A program made the translations under genes and the position numbers. A stretch of 45,046 nucleotides of DNA, from the NCBI GenBank assembly GCA_016432625.1, contig CP066697.1, forward strand, positions 345,363-390,408, given 5' to 3'. The DNA is from Candidatus Berkelbacteria bacterium. Its GTDB lineage: Bacteria; Patescibacteriota; UBA1384; 2-12-FULL-50-11. Every line of letters starts with the position of its first letter. Position 1 is the stretch's first letter. The notes under the pieces are model-generated. The model was given only the letters and a program-made list of their open reading frames with translations. It did not search any database and was not told where the DNA came from. Shown here one piece after another: positions 36,457 through 44,692 of this stretch.

Positions 36457-38663
36457 TGAAGCGACTGCGAAAGTGGATATTGGCGACAGGCGTAGTTGCG
36501 CTGAGCCTGTTGTCGATTGTCCTCCCACCAATTAGTGCTACATCGGGCTCTGATGACCCCTGGTCCGAGTATAGCGACCATAGATATGCCTTCTCGGTCA
36601 GTCACCCATCCAGCCTTCACCCGGTTGCGTATGACGCAGATCAGATCACGCAAGAGAACACGAGGCTCTTGAGAGAATTGCGCTTCAATGCGAGAGATGA
36701 GGCAACGGTCCTTAGCGTGGCCATTTTCAATAACCGCGAAGAACTACCCCTACAACAATGGATAAGTCGGTATAACCCGAACGAGAACGACACCGGAACC
36801 GTCAAGCGATATGGCAATGTTGAAGGAAGAGCATACCAGAGGAATGCAATGGGCGAGCCCTCACCCAATTTCTACGTAGCGAGAGGACTACGGGTATATG
36901 CAATCACTGGTCTTAAGCAGGATAATCAGTTTGACCGGTTTGCTACTAGTTTACGCTTCTCTCCCTTCGGGTTCCTCAGAATACGACATGCCTCAACAGC
37001 ATATGCTCTGGGGCCTTATGTCCTCCCCTTCTACTCGAACCAAAGCGTCACCTGTGGTTTTGGATGCTATTATGGCCACACAGGGGTTGATTATGCTTTG
37101 CCGAACGATACATCGGTGGCTGCGGCAGCAGGCGGCGAAGTGTGGAACTACTACTACCCTGGGCCGAGCAATTACGGAAACCTGCTCGCAATAAAGCACA
37201 CCGCAGGTCACAGATCGCGCTATGCTCATCTCGGCTCCTCGCTGAAGGCAAATGGAGCAGATGTTAGCCAGGGAGAGGAAATAGCGAAATCCGGGAACTC
37301 AGGAGGGCCGTGGTGTCAGGAATATAACCAGCAAGGGGAATGCACGCGCTGGGCGTCGCCTTACCATCTTCATTTTGAATCGCGGATTAACGCAGGGGAT
37401 GGCAACCATTTAGCAGGAACAGCGGTGGATCCCTATTCTTCGGGTGACTACCTGTGGTCCACCAACCCTCCAACTCTTGCCAGTCATAACACCACGGTGT
37501 CTCTATCGGCAAGCAAGATCTACTCTCAGTTGGGTAAGAGGGTCGCGTTGACCTGGTCGTCAACGAACGCAACAAGTGTAGTAAGCAGTAACTTCGGGGC
37601 ATCGTCTGTTAGTGGCAGCGCCAGCCTCAAGCCACTGCGGACTACAACTTACAACATCACTGTCAACGGTCCAGGTGGGAACGCGAGCTCGCAGGTTACA
37701 GTAAATGTTTCTCCATTGGCTGATTTCACGCGTGATACGCTGTCTGATCTGGCTGCGGAGTATCAGCCGTACGGTAGCTGGTGGGTGGGGGTGAACACGG
37801 GTGGGGCTTTCAACTCAATGAATGCTTGGCTCTACAACCAGCTGATTGGCACCAGCGTCAGTATCCTCAACGGCGATTACAACGGCGACGGCTACATGGA
37901 TATTGCTGCCCGGGATATCAGCAGCGGCAACTGGTGGGTGGCTTTAAATCAAGGCAATAACACTTTTAGCACCATGCAGCAGGTCTTGTCGGCACAAGCC
38001 GGTGGCACCGACTACGATGTGTTGGGCGGTGATTTCAACGGCGACGGGCTGGCTGACTTCGGCGTGAAGTATCGGCCGCTTGGCAGATGGTCTGTTTCTA
38101 TAAACCAAGGCAGCCTGTCGTTCACCTCGTTCTGGACTTGGCTTGATGGGCAACTCGGCGGAAACGACAGCGACACCTTCAGCGGCGACTTCAACTATGA
38201 CGGCTTTACCGATGTTGGCGGCAGATATCGCCCGAGTGGAGGTTGGTGGATCGCGAACAACCAGGGCAACAGCTCGTTCGGCTCAATGACGCAGTGGCTA
38301 ACTAACCAAGGCGGTGGCAACGACTGGGACACGCTGAGCGCCGATTTTAATGGCGACGGTTACACCGATATCGGTGGGCTCTACCGACCGAACGGCGACT
38401 GGTGGATCGGCACCAATACCCAAGGCAGCTCGTTCAACAGCCTTAACACTTGGCTGACCGGGCAGGCTGGCGGCACGGGCTGGAACACTTTCTACGGCTA
38501 CTTCAACAACGACGCGTATGCCGACATCGGTGGCCGGTACGGCGCTTACGGCGACTGGTGGATCGGCCTCAATACAGGCAGTCAGTTCGGCAGTATGACG
38601 AAATGGCTGGCCAATAACGCGGCTGGTGCGGGCTGGAACGTTATCAACGCTCGTAGCGAGTAG
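36453..38663 (+). CDS. Secreted multidomain protein: paralogous N-domain, M23 (LytM-type) metallopeptidase, Ig-like linker and FG-GAP repeat beta-propeller
   Basis: Signal/TM segment (ILATGVVALSLLSIVLPPISA). M23 motifs HTGVDY (37077-37094) and YHLHFE (37362-37379), with NSGG between them. About 7 repeats of the type W[WS][IV]x.N.G..F.S...WL..Q.GG...D...GDFNGDG[YLF][TA]D[IFV]G span about 37715-38660. The start overlaps the upstream stop (GTGATGA). Confidence 0.8.
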   Translation: MMKRLRKWILATGVVALSLLSIVLPPISATSGSDDPWSEYSDHRYAFSVSHPSSLHPVAYDADQITQENTRLLRELRFNARDEATVLSVAIFNNREELPLQQWISRYNPNENDTGTVKRYGNVEGRAYQRNAMGEPSPNFYVARGLRVYAITGLKQDNQFDRFATSLRFSPFGFLRIRHASTAYALGPYVLPFYSNQSVTCGFGCYYGHTGVDYALPNDTSVAAAAGGEVWNYYYPGPSNYGNLLAIKHTAGHRSRYAHLGSSLKANGADVSQGEEIAKSGNSGGPWCQEYNQQGECTRWASPYHLHFESRINAGDGNHLAGTAVDPYSSGDYLWSTNPPTLASHNTTVSLSASKIYSQLGKRVALTWSSTNATSVVSSNFGASSVSGSASLKPLRTTTYNITVNGPGGNASSQVTVNVSPLADFTRDTLSDLAAEYQPYGSWWVGVNTGGAFNSMNAWLYNQLIGTSVSILNGDYNGDGYMDIAARDISSGNWWVALNQGNNTFSTMQQVLSAQAGGTDYDVLGGDFNGDGLADFGVKYRPLGRWSVSINQGSLSFTSFWTWLDGQLGGNDSDTFSGDFNYDGFTDVGGRYRPSGGWWIANNQGNSSFGSMTQWLTNQGGGNDWDTLSADFNGDGYTDIGGLYRPNGDWWIGTNTQGSSFNSLNTWLTGQAGGTGWNTFYGYFNNDAYADIGGRYGAYGDWWIGLNTGSQFGSMTKWLANNAAGAGWNVINARSE

Positions 38664-38763
38664 CGTACTGAGTTTGTCCAGAATTAGCAGTCGACTGACC
38701 CCTTTCTCCTTTGGCACAGGTCAAAACACTTTAATGCTATGCTTCTCGACCCTGTGCTATTTG

Positions 38764-39582
38764 CTACAGAGAAGGCTTGCTTAGAAGTTTAATCTCTCCC
38801 GTTTGGAGATCATAATCGTACACGTAGTCATATTTACCGCCATAGAACTTACCAGGCAGTTGTAAATGAGAGGTTGGATTCTTATGGTAAGTCACGCTGG
38901 CTACTTCCTTCTGAAGGTCGTAACCTTCTTTCGTAAGTGTCTCTTCCAATCCACTCGCTGAAGACAAGTACTTATCCAACGAGCCCTGATCATGCACGTC
39001 ACACTCCTTCACTAGCTCGGCGAGTTGCTCCTCGTACCGCGATTTCATTCGGTCGGGGTATATTGAGCGAAGTATGCCAACGGCACTTATCGTTTGATTC
39101 TGCCACGTCCCTCTGTGGGGATCGACCATTCTGCCACCGCTTCCGAAAAATAGTGATTGCTGATCAATATCGGCCGTACCAGTATCAGCATCAATCGGCA
39201 TTGACACTGCTATGTTTCCAAACATCGCTCCATACACAAACATCGGGTCAGTCACGGCTCGATGGGTATTGTCTTTGACATAAAGAATACAAGGGTAATC
39301 GGTTGATCCTGCGAATTGCGCACGGGCCTTCTTGATTTTTTGTCGTAGCGGCGCATAAGGGTCAAATGATCCACTAATCATTGTTCCGGATCTGAGTAAC
39401 GCTAACTCTTTTGGGTTATAGTCGATGTCTTCAACTTCGGCGACTGCGGCCAACTTCTTTGCTTTATACACGCTGAAGTCAGGGGCTTTAGTCCCACGAG
39501 GTTCCTCGTATCGTGGCATATAGCCCAAGGAGATCAGGTGCTGGCATATCGCCAGTTCACTCGGCTTTTGTGGAGATTTCAT
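38764..39582 (-). CDS. Hypothetical protein (272 aa); N-terminus weakly resembles a restriction-endonuclease-like fold
   Basis: Long ORF. Its ATG overlaps the upstream ORF's stop (ATGA). ELAICQHLISLGY..(x12)..PDFSVY..(x9)..VAEVEDI loosely recalls an E...GY...PD...ExK layout, but the Lys is missing. Confidence 0.55.
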   Translation of the reverse strand: MKSPQKPSELAICQHLISLGYMPRYEEPRGTKAPDFSVYKAKKLAAVAEVEDIDYNPKELALLRSGTMISGSFDPYAPLRQKIKKARAQFAGSTDYPCILYVKDNTHRAVTDPMFVYGAMFGNIAVSMPIDADTGTADIDQQSLFFGSGGRMVDPHRGTWQNQTISAVGILRSIYPDRMKSRYEEQLAELVKECDVHDQGSLDKYLSSASGLEETLTKEGYDLQKEVASVTYHKNPTSHLQLPGKFYGGKYDYVYDYDLQTGEIKLLSKPSL

Positions 39583-39764
39583 CGTTCAAGTGGTGCACTA
39601 CTCTGATAAGAGCCCACATCAGCCCGTGACAGGTTCAGAGTCGAAGCCGGACTTGTTAGATAGCCTGAAGCTCTGCCGTGAAATCTACCGCCGTTTTGGA
39701 CCTGGCTCGAACCAGTCCACTGACTTGCCCTTTGTGGGAGTACACCCCGGCTCACATTAAACAT
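39579..39764 (-). CDS. Possible 61-aa linker ORF (uncertain)
   Basis: It is the only ORF bridging the two neighbours. Its ATG lies 5 nt before the upstream TAA, and its TGA overlaps the downstream ATG. The S/G/R-rich composition makes coding status doubtful. Confidence 0.3.
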   Translation of the reverse strand: MFNVSRGVLPQRASQWTGSSQVQNGGRFHGRASGYLTSPASTLNLSRADVGSYQSSAPLER

Positions 39765-40227
39765 CTAGAGTACTCTCCGGGTTAGTAAAGCGGTTCCGAA
39801 CCGAGGGGAGTTCCATTGGCAAGTGTTCGAGAGAGTTTGTTAATCGGCTTAGTGCGTCGCGCCACGTCTTTATTCCGCTAAGCCTCACGTGATGAAGACC
39901 ACCGTATTTTCTTGAATCTAAATGCCACCCCAGCCTTCGGCTGTAATCCACCCTATAGAGTTCTTGTACCGTATTATCGTTCACTCGCAGCAATGCCAGC
40001 GTTGCTGTCGGGTTATTGACGTCGGGGGTCGAGATCGCGTTCAACTGGTAGCTCGTCATCAATGGGTAGATACTTCCCAGCGAGGCACTTGTCATTACCA
40101 CTGAGCTTCTTGGTAACACCCGCTCTTTACAGTATGTTCCAGGTTTCACGTTTGTCCACCCCTCGAATAGGCATTGACTTTGAAGCCTCTTCTTTAAATC
40201 TAGTAGGTCCTCAACAATTTTGGTCAT
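39757..40227 (-). CDS. Hypothetical protein (156 aa)
   Basis: ORF starts 32 nt downstream of the tRNA-Ala 3' end on the same strand. No SD. No motif recognised; the only hint is an Rx5H string (RKYGGLH). Confidence 0.5.
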   Translation of the reverse strand: MTKIVEDLLDLKKRLQSQCLFEGWTNVKPGTYCKERVLPRSSVVMTSASLGSIYPLMTSYQLNAISTPDVNNPTATLALLRVNDNTVQELYRVDYSRRLGWHLDSRKYGGLHHVRLSGIKTWRDALSRLTNSLEHLPMELPSVRNRFTNPESTLDV

Positions 40228-40258
40228 GTGTCAAATGTAGTTCGTTTTACCGAACATG

Positions 40259-40331
40259 TGGACCGTATCGGACTTGAACCGATGACCCCTTCCATGCCAT
40301 GGAAGTGCTCTACCAGCTGAGCTAACGGCCC
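40259..40331 (-). tRNA. tRNA-Ala (anticodon GGC)
   Basis: The minus strand reads GGGCCGT-TA-GCTC-AGCTGGTA-GAGC-A-CTTCC-ATGGCAT-GGAAG-GGGTC-ATCGG-TTCAAGT-CCGAT-ACGGTCC-A. It forms a full cloverleaf with the G3:U70 alanine identity pair. CCA is not encoded. Confidence 0.93.
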
Positions 40332-40452
40332 TACAACGTGAAATTATACCTCAAATCTGCCGACATTAAACGGGTTGCTCTTGCAAAGTAACGTGGTTTG
40401 GCGCAGTGTAATTGCAGATAATTAACGTCGAGTAAGGGGGGAGGTGAGACGT

Positions 40453-40677
40453 ATGAAAATGAGCGGAATGGACTGGATTGTTTGGATACTCCTCTTTGTC
40501 GGCGGCCTTAACTGGGGTCTCGTTGGCGCTTTTGATTTTAACCTTGTTGACTCTATTTTCGGCGCAGGATCGGCTATCGGCCGTATAATCTACGTACTCG
40601 TAGGCTTAGCAGCCATCTGGAGCCTTTTTGGAATGTTTATGAAAGGCAACGGTTCCTCAAGTGGAATGAACCAGTAG
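40453..40677 (+). CDS. DUF378-family small membrane protein
   Basis: LLFVGGLNWGLVGAFDFNLVDSIFG....GRIIYVLVGLAAIWSLF matches the DUF378 pattern. ATG 40453 lies 9 nt after GGAGG; the track starts at GTG 40444. Confidence 0.75.
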   Translation: MKMSGMDWIVWILLFVGGLNWGLVGAFDFNLVDSIFGAGSAIGRIIYVLVGLAAIWSLFGMFMKGNGSSSGMNQ

Positions 40678-40694
40678 GAAGCTGAGATAGTGAG

Positions 40695-40727
40695 AAAACG
40701 GACTCGAATAAACCCGGGTCCGTTTTT
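40695..40727. terminator. Bidirectional terminator between convergent genes
   Basis: AAAACGGAC-(14 nt)-GTCCGTTTTT, lying between the stops at 40677 (+) and 40732 (-). Confidence 0.6.
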
Positions 40728-40731
40728 CTTA

Positions 40732-42360
40732 TCACAGAGTAGAAGCTGCGGAGCGAGCAACTTGTGGCTGAACCACCAGAAGTGACGAACCCGTCATCTC
40801 GGCAGGTTTAGGGATGTTGAGAATATGCAATAAAGTTGGTGCCACGTCAGAAAGTATCCCGCCCGAACGCAGCTGGCAATTAACCACAGCGTTACCAGTC
40901 ACGATAAATGGCACCGGGTTATTGGTATGCTCTGTGTCTGGTTCACCAGTTTTGGGGTTGACCATCTGTTCAACGTTTCCATGGTCAGCCGTTATGGCGA
41001 AAATCCCACCCGCTTGAGCAACGGCCTGAGCGATCTTATTTAGATTGGCATCAACTGCCTCACAAGATTGAATCGCGGCACGGAGGTTGCCAGTGTGGCC
41101 GACCATGTCAGGGCAAGCAAAGTTAAGAACGATGAAGTCGTACCGATTGATATTCTGAATAACAGTGTCGGCAATTTGCACAGTCGACATCTCGGGCACT
41201 TGATCAAAACTCGGGACATGTGGCGAGGGGATAACGATACGGTCTTCGCCCTTAACTGGCTGCTCATTACCGCCATTAAAAAAGTAGGTAACGTGGGCGT
41301 ACTTTTCACTCTCAGCGACGTGTAGCTGCCTCATCCCAGCATCGCTAATTACCCCCGACAATGATTTCTTAACATTGTGCGGTCGGAAAGCCACGTGGAT
41401 TGGCAGACCTTCTTCGTAATAAGTAAAACCGACGAAGTAGAGATTGGAAACGGACTTTTTACGATCAAAGCCCTCAAAATTTGGTTTCATCAACGCCTGG
41501 GTAATCTCCCGAGCCCTATCGCCACGGAAATTGAAGAAAATTACCGTATCGCCATCCATAATGGGCTTAAAGGTGTTTTTTGGTCCCTGAATAACAGTTG
41601 GAGGAATAAACTCATCGGAAAAGCCGTCTCTATAAGCGGCCGCAACCGCCGCTTCAGGCGTAGCAGCTGTTGGTCCAACGCCTTCGACCATCGCCCGGTA
41701 CGACTTTTCGACTCGCTCCCAGCGGTGGTCACGATCCATCGAGTAGTAACGACCGGAAACGGTGCAGATACTGCCGACACCAAGCTCCTGTGTCTTAGTG
41801 GTAACATCAGCAAGAAACTCTTGCGACACAAACGGCGGCGTGTCGCGTCCATCAGTAATAGCGTGAATACAAACATCTGTGAATTGCTGTTGCTTAGCAA
41901 CTTCTAGCAGGGCGTAGAGGTGTTCAATATGACTATGAATTCCTCCAGGCGAGACGAGGCCGATAATATGGACCCGCTTACCGTTTTGCTTGGCCTGGTT
42001 AATTCCTTGCAAGATTACCTCGTTACTAAAAAAGGTCTTGTCCTGGATGGCTTTGGTAATTGAAGGGAAATATTGCAAGACAACTTGGCCAGCACCGATG
42101 TTTAAGTGTCCGACTTCTGAGTTGCCGCGTTCGTTAGGCGGCAAGCCAACACCTTCGCCCGAAGCTTGCAGCGTTGTGTGAGGAAACTCTTGCATGGCCT
42201 TGTTCATGAAGGGGATTTTGGCGAGTGTTACAGCATTGCCGCCCCAGTGTGGCGCCACACCCCACCCGTCAATTACCGCCAAGACAACCGGTTTTGGACG
42301 ATTGTATTTGGCCTTAGGCGCTGCCGACGCGCCATTAGGCACGTTAGACGATTGCGGCAT
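40732..42360 (-). CDS. gpmI: 2,3-bisphosphoglycerate-independent phosphoglycerate mutase
   Basis: VVLAVIDGWG...RGNSEVGHLNIGAGQVV...GLVSPGGIHSH...ITDGRDTPP...PDMVGHTG...ITADHGN. I prefer ATG 42360 (MPQSS...); the track uses TTG 42378. Confidence 0.93.
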   Translation of the reverse strand: MPQSSNVPNGASAAPKAKYNRPKPVVLAVIDGWGVAPHWGGNAVTLAKIPFMNKAMQEFPHTTLQASGEGVGLPPNERGNSEVGHLNIGAGQVVLQYFPSITKAIQDKTFFSNEVILQGINQAKQNGKRVHIIGLVSPGGIHSHIEHLYALLEVAKQQQFTDVCIHAITDGRDTPPFVSQEFLADVTTKTQELGVGSICTVSGRYYSMDRDHRWERVEKSYRAMVEGVGPTAATPEAAVAAAYRDGFSDEFIPPTVIQGPKNTFKPIMDGDTVIFFNFRGDRAREITQALMKPNFEGFDRKKSVSNLYFVGFTYYEEGLPIHVAFRPHNVKKSLSGVISDAGMRQLHVAESEKYAHVTYFFNGGNEQPVKGEDRIVIPSPHVPSFDQVPEMSTVQIADTVIQNINRYDFIVLNFACPDMVGHTGNLRAAIQSCEAVDANLNKIAQAVAQAGGIFAITADHGNVEQMVNPKTGEPDTEHTNNPVPFIVTGNAVVNCQLRSGGILSDVAPTLLHILNIPKPAEMTGSSLLVVQPQVARSAASTL

Positions 42361-43576
42361 GGCCCAACTCTTGTTCAATAGTTAATAACCTGCGGTATTT
42401 TGTCATGCGCTCCGGATGAGCGTCGTTTGGACAGCCGGTTTTAATAAACTGCGCGCCTACACCTACTGCGAAATCAGCGATAAAATCATCGAGCGTCTCG
42501 CCAGAGCGATGCGAGACAACGATCAAGTACCCAGCTTGTCGGGCGATTTGAATGACTTCAAGCGTTTCAGAGACGGTACCGATCTGGTTCAACTTGACCA
42601 GAATTGAGTTGGCGGCCTTCTTGTCGATGCCCTGACGCAAGCGTTCTGGATTGGTGACAAATAAATCATCCCCGACAAGCATTAGTTTCTTGAAGCTCGA
42701 GTTTGATTCGTCCATTTTAGTGCGGAAAGTCGCCCAATCATCCCAAGCTTCTTCGCCAAACGGGTCTTCAATCGACAAAATTGGAAAATCTTTCAACAAA
42801 CCGAGGTAGCGTTCTGGCGAAATTTCAAAAGTTTCCGGCAAGCTCGAGGCGGCGATATCAAGCGCGATAGAAACCTCATCCCAGGGTTTATAGCCAGATT
42901 GAACTATCGCTTGGCGCAAATAATCCATCGCTATCTCATTGGTGTCGAGCATCGGCGCGTAGCCGCCCTCATCACCAATAGGGAGAACCGGAGAAACCGC
43001 ACGCAACATTTGTCCTAAAGTGCTGAAAATTAGTTTGCCGGCGGAAAGTTGGGCGTGATAAGTCTCGATACGATCCGGAATAACCATAAATTCCTGAATT
43101 TCTAGATTATTGTCGGCGTGTTTGCCGCCGTTGATGAGATTCATCATCGGGATCGGCACGCTAAACGCTTGGCGAGAATCTAAGAAACCAATATAGCGGT
43201 AAAGTGGTAATTTCAGCTCGTTAGCGCTAACCCTGGCTAAAGCTAACGAAACGCTCAAAATTGTGTTGGCGCCAAGCCGGGATTTATCGGCGGTACCATC
43301 GAGTTCACGCATGATCCCGTCTAGCTCCTGTTGCGTAGTTGGATCTTTGCCGACAAGCGCCCGTTCTATTTCATCTTTAATGAAAGCTACCGACTGCTTA
43401 GGATCGATCATGACCGCTTCAAACTTGCCTTTGGAGCCACCACCGCCCGGTACAGCTGAAGTAGCGACGCTGCCGGAACTTAGCCTGACTGTGGCTTGAA
43501 GTGTCTCGTCGCCTCGCGAGTCGTGGATAATCTCGCCGACGACGCTTTCAATAGTTGCTTTGTTTGTCCCCTCCAT
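42344..43576 (-). CDS. eno: Enolase
   Basis: IHDSRGDETLQATV...MNLINGGKHADN.LEIQEFM...GDEGG..P...LSIEDPF.E..W....SHRSGETLDDFIADFAVG..AQFIKTG...ERMTKYRRLLTIEQEL. Confidence 0.93.
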   Translation of the reverse strand: MEGTNKATIESVVGEIIHDSRGDETLQATVRLSSGSVATSAVPGGGGSKGKFEAVMIDPKQSVAFIKDEIERALVGKDPTTQQELDGIMRELDGTADKSRLGANTILSVSLALARVSANELKLPLYRYIGFLDSRQAFSVPIPMMNLINGGKHADNNLEIQEFMVIPDRIETYHAQLSAGKLIFSTLGQMLRAVSPVLPIGDEGGYAPMLDTNEIAMDYLRQAIVQSGYKPWDEVSIALDIAASSLPETFEISPERYLGLLKDFPILSIEDPFGEEAWDDWATFRTKMDESNSSFKKLMLVGDDLFVTNPERLRQGIDKKAANSILVKLNQIGTVSETLEVIQIARQAGYLIVVSHRSGETLDDFIADFAVGVGAQFIKTGCPNDAHPERMTKYRRLLTIEQELGHAAIV

Positions 43577-43583
43577 GCTGGTC

Positions 43584-44609
43584 TTAGAGCTTCCCCAGCT
43601 CTTCCTTTAGAAACTTAATCGGCTCAATTGGTGATGGGTCGGCGCCGTAAACGCCGGCCAGATAAAAACTAAGCAAGTCGCCAAAATAGATTAGCAGCCA
43701 TTGTTCCGCCAAAAGCGAGCCAGATTTTACCGAAAGCGGCACGAAAGGAATATGCTCTTTATCGAACCATTTGTGCAAGATTTTGTGGCGCGCGTTATTA
43801 CGAGAGAAGCCGTATTTTGACTCCAGGTAGAGAATCATCAACTTTTCTGGCACCGCAAACTCAGTCCCGACAATGGTGTTATGACAAAGCTCCGGCACCA
43901 CACCCGCAAAAGCAAACGTTTTGCTATTTTCGTTAAGTTGGTTTACCCAGCGCTTTGCCAGAGAAGCGAGAGGGGAATGGGCAAAAATTAGTGGGATCTT
44001 ATTATTCAAAGAGATGGCGAGCTCTTCGGCTTTGGGCGGAAAGATTTTTTTGTCGACGGTTTTCTTCAACTCATCTAGCGCCTGGAAATAGTTATTTTCT
44101 TTTACGCCAACGAGCTCCAGCTTAGCCATAAGCGTTAACAGAGATCCGTACAGCCAACCAATCGCAGCACGCGGCGACGATTCGTAGGTCACGCTAACGA
44201 TGGGGAAATTGTGAATTTTGCTAAGCTCGGCTAATTTGCCACCACTCGTAATAGCAGCGATGCGACATTTCTTTTCTACGGCAACTTTTACCGCATCAAG
44301 CGTTTCTTCGGTATCCCCAGAGAAGCTGCAGGCAATAACAAGAGTGTCTTCGTTAACCCAACCAGGAAGTGAGTAGTCTGACCAGACGTGAATCGGCACA
44401 GTTGAGGCCTCACGCGTCAATTCTTGCAAGAGGAGTCCGGAGATGCCGGAGCCACCCATGCCACAGATAATTACGTTAGTTACTCCCTTAATGTTTACGT
44501 CGACATCTTTAGTCCATAGCGACGTCCAGGCCTTCTCGAACTGGTTTGGTAGGTCATGAATCTTGCCGAGCATCCCGCCCTCGTCAAGGACTACAATTTG
44601 TTCGCTCAT
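43584..44609 (-). CDS. Bifunctional phosphoglucose/phosphomannose isomerase (SIS-domain, PGI/PMI family)
   Basis: VIICGMGGSGISGLLL...VIACSFSGDTEETL (SIS motifs). About 340 aa, and positioned with eno and gpmI. Confidence 0.8.
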   Translation of the reverse strand: MSEQIVVLDEGGMLGKIHDLPNQFEKAWTSLWTKDVDVNIKGVTNVIICGMGGSGISGLLLQELTREASTVPIHVWSDYSLPGWVNEDTLVIACSFSGDTEETLDAVKVAVEKKCRIAAITSGGKLAELSKIHNFPIVSVTYESSPRAAIGWLYGSLLTLMAKLELVGVKENNYFQALDELKKTVDKKIFPPKAEELAISLNNKIPLIFAHSPLASLAKRWVNQLNENSKTFAFAGVVPELCHNTIVGTEFAVPEKLMILYLESKYGFSRNNARHKILHKWFDKEHIPFVPLSVKSGSLLAEQWLLIYFGDLLSFYLAGVYGADPSPIEPIKFLKEELGKL

Positions 44610-44649
44610 GAATTCAGCGTACTACAGATCGGATGTTTGTTAAACGAGT

Positions 44650-44677
44650 GAAGCCCTTGCAACTTGGCAAGGGCTTC
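44650..44677. terminator. GC hairpin at the backbone / GC-rich patch junction
   Basis: GAAGCCCTTGC-aacttg-GCAAGGGCTTC (11 bp), followed by GGTTTTG on the + strand. It lies just downstream of the minus-strand ORF ending at 44693. Confidence 0.5.
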
Positions 44678-44692
44678 GGTTTTGAGCTGAAC

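Noticed and set aside
37715-38660. Tandem roughly 165-nt periodicity in the DNA, considered as a non-coding repeat array
   Set aside because: The periodicity is fully explained by the in-frame FG-GAP protein repeats of the 36453-38663 gene. The repeat units are diverged at the nucleotide level.
39698-39718. tRNA T-arm-like hairpin (minus strand GGACTGGTTCGAGCCAGGTCC) inside the 61-aa ORF, considered as a tRNA remnant or att site
   Set aside because: No complete cloverleaf can be drawn around it, and it does not repeat the tRNA-Ala 3' end (GGTTCAAGTCCGATACGGTCCA). The similarity is limited to a GGTTC.AG motif.
41377-41907. 176-aa + strand ORF antisense to gpmI
   Set aside because: The minus-strand frame is unambiguous iPGM. 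The antisense product has no recognisable features.
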